Assembly (NCBI GenBank): GCA_036172245.1
Contig: JAYWIR010000007.1
Location: 2,480,001-2,544,000 of the forward strand
DNA length: 64,000 bases
From: Raillietiella orientalis
Lineage: Eukaryota
Direction of reading: 5' to 3'
Shown one piece after another: positions 38,832-49,077 of the stretch. The first letter of the stretch is position 1. Every line of letters starts with the position of its first letter. Below the pieces are notes generated by a model. The model worked only from the letters and a program-made list of their open reading frames with translations. It searched no databases and was not told the origin of the DNA. A program made the position numbers and the translations under genes.

Positions 38832-41800
38832 GTTGGAAGAATGAGGTATAATGGTTCACAGAATTCGTTTTTTAAATATTGTTAATGATTTTAGATCTTT
38901 TTCAAATTTGGTGTATAGTGGCTTCCCTTTCTTCCAAATAGTTTTTCTTGTGCGAGTTTTTCATGTGATTTTTTACTACAGAATAACACTCGATATCCTT
39001 CACTCCCTACAAGTGATAATCAGGATTGCACACATCTACTTAGCATCAAACTTCCATAGATTGAACATGAAGCAAATATTTCGAAATTTTAGTTTTACAT
39101 AGGGAAAAAAGGAAGTTTCTTCATTTTAAAAAATCAGTGTATGAAAAAAACGAGGGACTGTTATCTCAATAGTAATACTGTATAATCATTCAGCGGTTTT
39201 ATATGTTGAATATGTCATGTCCATGCAGAAAAGCAACTGGCAAAAATGATAGTTTCGTGAAGGAAACTAGCTAGTTTCTCGAATTATGTGGTTTCCTAAC
39301 TACACATTCACCTTATCACAAATAATGTGCTTATTTATTTTGAGTCTCATATTATCTATTTAATAGTTTTAAAGTCAATCCAAACAGAACTAAAAATGCC
39401 ATTCTTCAGGTTCATGTTGTTCCTTCAGTTTGTGTTTTTCACTTGAGGCATTTTTTCAGGGATATAGCGTTAAATTTTACTTAATATAGTTGTGCACTGC
39501 TTCTAAAGGCTTTCCACTGAAGATATCTCACACGCTACGAAAATTTATAGACATAGCAAAGATCATTCAATACAATTTCACGTGAATATATAAGTTTGCA
39601 TTGTGTTTTGTGGCATCAGCATCGTGAATTTGAAAATCAGTTTAATTTTTATTCCCAAAATTTCATTTCTTGAATACAAGATTCTGTATCATTTAGATGC
39701 TGTTTTCTTACTGACTTAGCCATTTCTGTCAAATATATCTCATTTCCAAGCCATTATCTCAAATATGATTACTCCTCCAAATGTCCAGGATTTCCATCAG
39801 CTGCATATGTCTTTAAAGTTCTAAACAAACATAATCGTTTCTAAAAATCTAGGGCATTTAGGTTTCCATGAACTGGTTTTTATGAACTTGAAAATGATGA
39901 TGGCTATATATTAAAAAAAAAAGGTTTGATTATTCTTTTAGAATGCCTCGTTATACCTACTGCTTCGAGTGAATTTTCTGACATCATCTATTGTTATAAA
40001 TTACTGGTTGTTTAATAGCAACTTTGTAGATAGCAAGTGGATTTCACGAAACACTTTATATTTCTAAAACAATTCCAATCTAATTTCACTAAATGTCTAA
40101 CAATCATTGAGATGCTTTTGCTTCTGTTATCTGTTATATAAGTTAGATGATTTGCATGTAAAGAAAAAGTGCTCATTTCTAAAATATGAGACAATCCCAT
40201 GTGATCTATAAGACAAGAATACATGAACTTTTAACTGTGCATTATTCGTTTATACTTGTATGACTTATAATTCGTTATCTTGGCAATACTTTCTAGTAAA
40301 CAATGTCTAGAAAGTTGTACTGTAAGCATTGCACTGAATGACCAATTTGTGCTTTGGCGGACCTCAATGGGTTCAAAAGCCCTCGCAGCATATATCATTA
40401 TTGAATTTGTTTGCTACGGTGAGAATGAAAGCTTCTAGTTAGATAATTACTATGAACGAAGCTTGTGCAAGCTCTATGCATAATGATCGCATGATTTACT
40501 CGTTTAGTTGTTGGAAATTTCAAGTGCTGCCTACCTCCAGTCTTTTGTGATTATTCTCTTTATTTAGAACACTAGCATACCTTTCTTAATTGAGTACATC
40601 AGCTGAATACATCGTAAGCCACACATTTGAAATTGCTCCTAATTGGGCCCTGCATGCAAAAGCAACTCAGTTGATTTTGTTATATTAGAAGAAAAAGATC
40701 CCGGTCATTCTGAATGTATTTTGCAGTTACGTATGACTGAAACGAAGCCATTATTAAACGGATACATAGTCTGCTGGTCCAGTGGTTACCAATTTCACCA
40801 ATTACTATTACCTAGAAATAATCTAACTGTCTGAACTAAATCTGCTTTTGACATATTTGTCAGAAAAATTTATGCATTTTGCCTTTGGTTTCGTTTTTGA
40901 GGTTTCTGTCAAAAATCATCTTTCCATTCCACTCAGCAGAGAGAAATTGCTTAGCAAATCGATTCCAGCACAACTAGATCTCTTTGATAATTGGTCTTTT
41001 TTTTGTGTTTCCAAAAATCCCACAATGAGGATAATGCAAACAAGTTGAAATCTTTTTTGTAACAAAGAATAACTCAATGACATTATTTCTCAAAGAATGT
41101 AATAAGATTGATTTTTCTCTTATTCTCTTTCTTCAGTTTTCTTTCAACCATATTAACTGGAAATGCTCTTTTTGCTCACATTTTGAAGAATATGCTTAAA
41201 GCACTGGGTTTTTTCTTATTCAAGTTTCAAAGAGCCGATACAAGGTTGTTTCCGGCAAATGTCCTATATTGGTAAATAAAGTCGGATTCTCTTCGATTTT
41301 GTCTTACTGTAACCTGAACTTTTACCCTCGTTTTAGTCATCATTCTTGGAAAGCTTGAGTATCTCCGAGAAAGGAAGAGCTTTTCCTTCTGGTAGTGTGT
41401 AGTCTTCTCCAATGCATGCATACATTTGTTTTCTCCGTCATTATACATTGAGATCGTTGACTGTTCACAGACATCACGTGCATCCTTCTTAGTTTATTTG
41501 TGGATGACCAAATGAAAACCAAGTACATATGCAATCTTTGCAACTTTGAAAGTTCCGTATTCAAGTGTACCATTTTGACGCACATGGCAGATTTTCAGAG
41601 GCACAGAAAATATTCTATTCCTTCGAAAACGTCTCCTATGCTTCTCGTTAAAATTGGCAGTTCTGGATTTCCATTTTCAATCCGATAAATAATTCAAACA
41701 CAACATAATCTTTATGGTTTGGACATTTTGAATTCTGGCCTCCGAGAACCTCGTCGCTGAGCTCGAACTGCGCTAATATACCCCTTTTGCATGAGTTTCC

Positions 41801-43999
41801 CCTTTTTTGATTTTCCACACAAGCATTTCGGTCTCCATTTTCTATTTTTATTTCATCTTTGGTCACTGAATTTCGCATTGGTTTCTGTCCTAAAGATTCA
41901 TGGACACCAAAGATTGCTTGGGTACCATGTCGCCTTCTAAAAAGCTCATCTTTGGCGAGGGATGTTGGAATCATGTTAGCATCGCCGTCAACACTTGCGA
42001 TCTGTTGATGAATTCTTTCCATAATATGTTGCGTTACTGTTACATCACATGTAGTTTGCCTTTGTTGAAGAACTCTGTGCACTTCACCACCGTCACTCAA
42101 TCATTTTGTGGTCACACGCTGTTTCTTTTATTTTTCGGTGATCATGTTTTCAAAGGGAACAACAGAAAAAATTGTCTTCATGCAAAGAATTTTTGTCGAT
42201 AGATGGCTACAAGTGCTGTATCTGTAATAAGCATGTGGTCCTTATCAGGATAGCAAAACTACTCTTTCATTCTTTCATCTCAGTGAAGTGCATTGTGATC
42301 AAGCAGCTTGCCTCCGACCAGAATGGAAGGAAAGGTTTTGTGAACACTTTGTTTCTTCTTTTAGCATTTTTTAAAAATGCCAAAAGAAGAAACATTTAGC
42401 ATTTTTGAAAAAATAAAATCTCCTCGTGCCTAATATCCTTATGGACTGCTCTATGAAACGAGTTTGGTAGGCGCAACCATCTTGATTTTAGGTCCATCCA
42501 CAAGGATGAATCCATGATTTATTTATCAACATAGTTGTTGAGAGTGCCTGTAAAGATAAGCATTTGAGAAATCACCTTTGGATTCCGCGATCGACCTATC
42601 GATTCGGAAGAGAAAATTGTTTTAGATTTCAGGAGGCTCCAGGAGTTCCTTAGTATGCTGGTGCAAGCTTGCAGAAGTCTAGAGTTGGTAGAGTTAGAAG
42701 AATATCAGGAATGAGGTGTCATCTCCATTTCAGGGTCGAAGAATGATGCAAGACTGAATGAAAGAAGGAAAGACTCTGTGCTTAATGACAGGCATTTAAG
42801 CGATGTCGGAGAAAGGATGACAGCCTGGAGCGCAGAGATATGTGAGATCTCTTACAATTAAATTAATTTTGCTTTTATATCAGGTTAACAAGATCCAAAA
42901 TATAGAATGTCATCGGAAAGCTAAGGTGGAATCTAATGCCATCTTTTCCCCGATTTCAGGAAACTAAAAGCGCTGCATTTCCATCGGTTTACCACCACAA
43001 TTGATTTGACTGATTTAATTCAAAGCTGTAAATTAATGGAGTGCAAAGTGATGGAGTGTTTTTCAGTTTCCATTTCACATAAAGAGAAAAAAAAAAGAGC
43101 AGAATGTTCTGTAAAAGCCCTCTTACTGAAGACACGGTTTGATCATTTTGGTCAAGAATAGAGGAGGATGCGGACGACCCACCAATTTGTCCCTCAGTTG
43201 TGTTGGACTATGCTTCCTTCGAGTAAAAACACTTTTTATGGGATGTATTTTTTAGTTGTGTAGGAAAATCCCACATTACCCTGATGCAACGGTGTCTGTT
43301 CTGACTGACATATTTCCTAAAGGAAGGCTGAGTGATTGCGAGAGCGCTGGTCACGCAGGTTTTTCGCTGAAAGTTCGATAAAAGGGTGCCTAGCTGACGC
43401 CCTATGCTTCCGGTAAACACAGGAAGCTGGGGATAACGGGGATGTGGTTTGTGCTGCCATTATTTGAAGTAGAATGCTAAATAACCGTGGCCAACGCAGT
43501 CTCGTCTCACCACCTACTCAGAAGCAGCAAATAAAGAGAAGGAATGCCAGATAGCCTTCGGTGCTCGGGAGGCCGAAAATGTGTGTGTGTGTCTTAAATA
43601 AAGAAACACACATTGTTATCTCAGATAACATTTTATTGTTCTCACGGAAACTGTAGACACCTGAAGTGCCATTATTCACCCTACTTTTGCTATAAGGAGG
43701 ATTCTGGCAGCAGGTCTTAAGGGGTGCACTGTCTGCATCTGCTTGATCAATTTTTCAGTAGGATGCGATAAGAAAAAAAGAGCGAATGTAGGAAAATTCC
43801 GGAGACGAGGTGAAAAGAGCATGCGGACACTGATTTCCATTTGGAATGGAGCTGATCTGCCGACAATCTCCTCCCTTCTGGACGCAACTTCAAAAGCCCA
43901 CCATGGCGTGGATAAACAAATGTAGGCGATGAGTCCGGCTGCTGGACACGGCAGGAAAGCGAAGCAGGAAGGAGGAAACGGAGGCGGCGAGCACCGTGC

Positions 44000-44040
44000 G
44001 CAGTCTGAAGGTGCATTCGGGAGATGCACCTTCAGACTGC
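44000..44040. repeat. Perfect 17-bp inverted repeat, 7-nt loop
   Basis: GCAGTCTGAAGGTGCAT tcgggag ATGCACCTTCAGACTGC. Confidence 0.9.
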
Positions 44041-44416
44041 ACGGCACAAACCCAGTTGCATCGGTGACCTGACCAACGACATAGTTCGTGTTTGTTTCGT
44101 TTTTTTTTTTTTTTTTTTTTCTTACGAGTGCTTCTTCAGACGAGGACGGCCGAAGGGGCCAGTTGTTCCTGTGCGAGCGCGCAAAGTGACCTTGCAAGCA
44201 CTTGTCACGAGCCCGTCAAGGTTTTCGTAAGCAGAGTTCTCCCTGGAGCTCGAGTCAGTCATGCAAGGAAAAATGGGACAAGTGGACATAAGTTGCTTGC
44301 TCGGGGAGTAGCCGGGAGTCGCCCGGCATTGGGGGCGCTCGCGGTTGGAGCGGGCCGCGACCAATTAATGGAAGACGCCGAATGGGGTCTTTTTCACTCG
44401 AAGAGGCCACGGTTAC

Positions 44417-44448
44417 CATGGGAACGCTCGGAGAGAGCGTTTCCCACA
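44417..44448. promoter_or_regulatory. Candidate Su(H)/CSL paired site (SPS)
   Basis: CATGGGAA (44417-44424) + 16 nt + TTCCCACA (44441-44448), head-to-head; about 4.2 kb upstream of the NRARP start. Confidence 0.6.
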
Positions 44449-46880
44449 AGAATAGTTTGTCGAAGCTCCCGAGTGGAATTTGAGAAGAATCTGACGCGAG
44501 AAGAACTCCCGTTGCCTTGTCGCATCCACGAACGCGGAGTGATCGCTTTGGGGAAACAGGGAGACAGAGAGAGTATCAGGCGATACGACGGGCCAGGTAA
44601 CGGATGCACGGCAGTCGCGATGGACTCCGCGTCCTCGAGTTTGCATTTTACGCTTCCTTTTAGAGACGGTTCGACGTCGTCGGCGGGGGGGTTCGGTCAA
44701 ACGCGTGCAGTCAACGCAACGAAAGAAACGGGGGGGGAACGCCAGCTACGTCGCCCGACCCGAGTCTTCGCCCCATTCTGCAAAGTTTCCCCCTCGCGGA
44801 GGTAACTTCGTCACAAGAGCATGCTCGCCCCATGCCTCTGCCCGCCCGCACAGCGAGCATGCGAACCGCGCCCTGCGGCGATTCGCTCGCATTCAGCCAG
44901 TGCGAAGCTTCGCTGCCGGCAGGGGGCTGGCCGAGCGCGCCGAAACGCTGCTGACCTTTTCGCGCATGCGGAGAACCGGTGCACCTCTGCCCTCCCGCAC
45001 ACGACGTGTTCCCCCAGGCTCTGTCTGCAGGAAGTTGAGCGTGCAGGAGCCAGGCAGCGTGCTCCAGTTGTGCTGATGACCAGTACCAGATTTCTGACGA
45101 GCGGGGAAATCTGGAAGCCGGTCTAAAGAATGCCTCTCTCCCGGGAGACGGACGGGAAGATCCCCCCTCTTTCCCCACGACATCGGGAACCTCACTCCCA
45201 TTTCTGCATGTCGTGAAACGATTTGTGGGAATCTGACGTACTCGATCCAGTGAACCGTATCCACCTTCCAAAATCACTCTGTCGGTAACTCTGCAGGCTA
45301 ATCACTCATACAGACTCCGTTGATCACGTTCACAAACGTATCATATGTTCGAACCTCATTTCTGATTTACGTGGTGAAACGAACCCGACTTGGATAGCGT
45401 CCCTGAATTCCGCGAGGTGTGCTTTTCGACGCAGTTTCCTGTGGATGGACCCTGGTTCATCGCGACAATTTCCGAAAATGGGCAGTACGAATGCAACTGT
45501 TCCTATCTGCGCAGTGGGCTCCACCGGAGTTTCCCTGCAAAGTCACTGACTGGCATCCGCATGATTTCTCGAGGGGTCCATGGAAACAGTTTAGGCGGCC
45601 CCAGCTGTAATCATCAGTTCCCACCTTAATTCAGGATACTTTCCTCGAAAACAGGCGTGGTGGTCAGCATAGGAAGCGTTCGGGATTTATTTTCAGGGGA
45701 AGCATCATCACAATCAAGTGGTCAATTTAAGCCTTGAGAAATTAATACTCACTTTATCACTGAAAAACACGGAGGAGCGTATACGATTACGAAGCAAAAT
45801 GCTCCCATTTCAAGAAAAAAACCATAAATTTCACCAGTGAGCGCATTATAATGCAATGCTTTCAGTAAAATTCTCTAGATCTGAATTTGCTTTCATGTGA
45901 AATTCATGACCAGCCATCCTTTTAGCAATTTCATCAGCTATTTACATTATTCTTGTTTACAGATTCAACACGCATGCGTTCTCCTCAAAGGACTCTGCAA
46001 GACAAAAACAAAAACAACGTTGTTTTACTTGCAATTAACACATATTTGGCTCACATTCCAGTAGCCACGTAAGGATTTGTTGACAAGGTTCAGACCAAGT
46101 GGGTGTTGACAACCGCTACACCCCCACGTAGAAAATGGGGCAAAGAGAGTGAGAACGACACATACGTGTGCGGTGCACGAGAGACGCACGACGTACACGC
46201 ATGTACACTCATGGCGGGTTGGTGGCAGCAGCTTTTCGCTCTGGACCCCACGAAGCACACCTTCCTCTCTTTTTGCACATGCATGCCAGAAGATCCCAAG
46301 AAAGGAAATGACCTCTTCCGTATACCAAAGCGTACGCACCACCGCCTGTTCGTACGCCTCGTACCACGCAAAGCAGGGCAAGCAAACAAAATATAGATGC
46401 GTTGAAAGAAATGCAGTCGCATCTTTCCCCGCTCGAGATGCCAAAAAACTTTCAGGACCCAGGGCGCGCAGATTTATGGAGCATCAATTTGTTGCACGTG
46501 ACGGAGGGGGGAAAAAAAAAAAAAAAAGAAAGGAAAGAAGGCAAGCAATCGCGTTGCACGGAAAAAAAAAAAATGGTTTGTTTGTTTTGATTCGGAAAGC
46601 ACGGAGATGAATCCTAGAGTGAAGAACACGTGGACAGCTTCCCGGTCAGGCTAGGCTAATCGTAAAGGAGCACCTTGCTGCCCGCTGCACTGTAAACACT
46701 TTGAAGCCGTCCCGATAAAAGCCAAGAGCAGCAGCACATTTCCTCTTCTTCTTTTCCTTCTTCCGGCTTCGCCCGTCTTTCTCTTTTTTCGTTTCCCGAT
46801 CTTCGTGGTAAGAGGAGAGAGGTTGGCCCCCCAAATGAAAAGCGTTCTGGGAATTTAATAAAAGCTGAATGAAGAGGGAT

Positions 46881-47245
46881 TGTGAGAAAACCTGGATTAT
46901 TCTCACGCTGGTAAGTAATAAAATACGTTGTCGTGAGATGGGGCAAGAAAATTTCAGCAATCGTTAATTTGCAGTCGGGTAAAATTGGAATCGTTGTCTC
47001 TCCTTTGAAATCTCTCGCACACGCTGCGGAAAGGGAGGGAACGAAATCAGAAGGGAAACTTGGCGCAAACATCGGGCATCTAACGAATGTGTCGTTAACA
47101 GTCAACTGTAATTTGATAAAGACTTGACTCCAGGTAGCACGTCCCACATCTTTGGGAACCAACGCTTCATTGCGGGATGGGTTAGGTGGAATCTCTTTGA
47201 AAAGCGGTTCCCACGGAAATGACTCCATGTCAATGAGTTCTCACG
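46881..47245. promoter_or_regulatory. Cluster of four Su(H)/CSL consensus sites (candidate Notch-responsive enhancer)
   Basis: TGTGAGAA at 46881, TTCTCACG at 46900, TTCCCACG at 47208 and TTCTCACG at 47238; all match YGTGRGAA within 365 bp. Confidence 0.6.
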
Positions 47246-48656
47246 CATCCTTAAGTTTGAATTCTTCCAGAACACGACAGGGTTGATGTCGGTCCACACG
47301 TAGCTGGAGGTTGTTTTCCGATTTTGTTCCAAGAACGTTTTGGTCGATGCAGATCTCAGGACGCTGTCCATCCGTGCTGCATGGACGACGCCGCTTTCCC
47401 CCCAAGTGTGGACTCCACTTCGTGCTGCGCACATGTAAGTAGCGTGCTGGTCCGCTCGCGCGGGAGCTTGCGGGCTTGGGTGTGATTCGCGTTTCGCGCT
47501 GAACGGTTTCCTTGGGGATTTTTTTTGCCTCTGCTGCGCGCTGTTCCCTGACCGTGTCGGCGTCGCGGCGGTGACCGCCGGGGTGTCGTCGCAGGCAGCT
47601 GATGCCGGAATCTGGCATCCTGCTGTCTGGAGCCGGTTTAGCTCGCGGTTCGGAGATCTGGCGCTGCGGCGGCGGGCGGGGAGGACTGGATGGAGGGACC
47701 CCGCTCGGACTGCCCGCGGTTGGTCACCTGGGCAACGGCAGGTGCGAACGGAGGTCTCGTCGCCGCGGGTAGTTCGGTCTTCGCTTTCGTGCTCTATCTT
47801 TTCGAGTTCACGTCGGCACGCCAAAAGGACACCTCCCCGGCAACCCTTCCCCCCCCTCTTCCCCCCTCCCCCACCGATTGCTTAGAGAACCGTCCGACTT
47901 TCTTTTTTTTTTTTCCTGAGCTGCGGGGATCGCGGGCGGAGGGCCGGGCCGAGCCTGGCCGCGCGCGGTGCGAACGGCGCTCCCTGGCACCCCGCTTGCG
48001 TCCCCGCAGAATCCCCGACGTCCGGCGGCGGTGAGCTTAGCGTTGGAAATCGCGTTCCTCTTCCTCCCGGCTCGCTCCGGCTGACAGCGTGCGAACCGCG
48101 CACGGGGCGCGCACCTCTCTTCCTGTTGCGGCGCGGGCTCGAAAGAGGAGAGAGGGGAAAGCAAAAATCCTCGGTACGCGACCCTGGCGCAACGCCTAGA
48201 GGTGCCTGGGTCGGATGGCTCGGATTTCGCGCCACGGAGGCGCGCCAACAGCGACTGGTTTCGCGGCTCGCCGTCTCATCTCTTCGCTCGCGTCTTCGTC
48301 TTTTTTTTTTTTTTGCTTTTTTCGTTTCTTTTCTTCGCGGTGGGATTCCCCCCCACTCCGTCGTCTCCCGAGCAATGACGGGATGGGCTCTGGTGACCCC
48401 GTCGCCCGTGGCTGCCCCGCGCGAGATCCCCCAGGGCAAACCAGCGGTTCACCACCCGCTCATCTTCCTTGTCCGCCTCTTCCTGCAGGAAAGGGGCGTT
48501 TCGTTAGCTGCACACGGCTGTCTCCCGGCCCGGCTGCTGCCGATTGACGAAGAGGCGGCGACGGCAAGAAGGCCGGCCGGGACGACAGCGCGTCTTCCTC
48601 CCCCTGCGTCCCGGAGTAAACCGCCCATGCGGCTCCTGTGCTTCCAGAACCGCGCC

Positions 48657-49043
48657 ATGGACGCCGACTACGCGGCCGCCCAGGAAGGTCGAAGCGCCGC
48701 GGGCAAGGGGCAGGACAGATCCCTCCAGGAAGTGTTCCACTTCGCCGTGCGCGCCGAGGACTGCGCGCAGCTGCGGTTCCTCCTGGAGAAGAGGCGCGGC
48801 CTGGTCAACCTGGACCAGTCGGACAGGCAGGGGCAGACGGCGCTCACGCGGAGCTGCATCAGCGGGAACCTGGAGCTGGTCCGCCTGCTCGTCGCCAACG
48901 GCGCCGACGTGCAGCTCGCCAATCGCGAGGGCTGGCTGCCGCTGCACCTGGCGGCGTTCTCCGGCAACGTGGAGATCACCGCCTGCCTGATGAAGGCGAT
49001 CCTGCCCCCCCGCGAGGCGGTCCTCCCGGAGGGCCCCTGCTGA
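48657..49043 (+). CDS. NRARP: Notch-regulated ankyrin repeat protein homolog; intronless CDS, 128 aa (138 aa if the in-frame ATG at 48627 is used)
   Basis: LQEVFHFAVRAEDCAQLRFLL..VNLDQSDRQGQTALTRSCISGNLELVRLLVANGADVQLANREGWLPLHLAAFSGNVEI aligns along its length with vertebrate NRARP as recalled (QRIFQEAVRKGN..GQTALHQSVIDGNLELVKLLVKFGADIRLANRDGWSALHIAAFGG). Strong Kozak context gccATGG at 48657. AATAAA at 49098-49103. Confidence 0.85.
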   Translation: MDADYAAAQEGRSAAGKGQDRSLQEVFHFAVRAEDCAQLRFLLEKRRGLVNLDQSDRQGQTALTRSCISGNLELVRLLVANGADVQLANREGWLPLHLAAFSGNVEITACLMKAILPPREAVLPEGPC

Positions 49044-49049
49044 CGTCCA

Positions 49050-49077
49050 CCGCCGCCGCCGCCGCCGCCGCCGCCGC
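49050..49077 (+). repeat. (CCG)n microsatellite in the NRARP 3' UTR
   Basis: ccgccgccg... about 9 units between the stop codon and AATAAA. Confidence 0.9.

Noticed and set aside
41227..42399. ORFs with CxxC motifs suggesting zinc fingers or a transposon relic
   Set aside because: No proper C2H2 spacing, no consistent exon chain, and no transposase or reverse-transcriptase motifs.
46881..46907. Inverted CSL pair as a second SPS
   Set aside because: The spacer is 11 nt, outside the 15-17 nt needed for cooperative dimers; kept only as two monomer sites.
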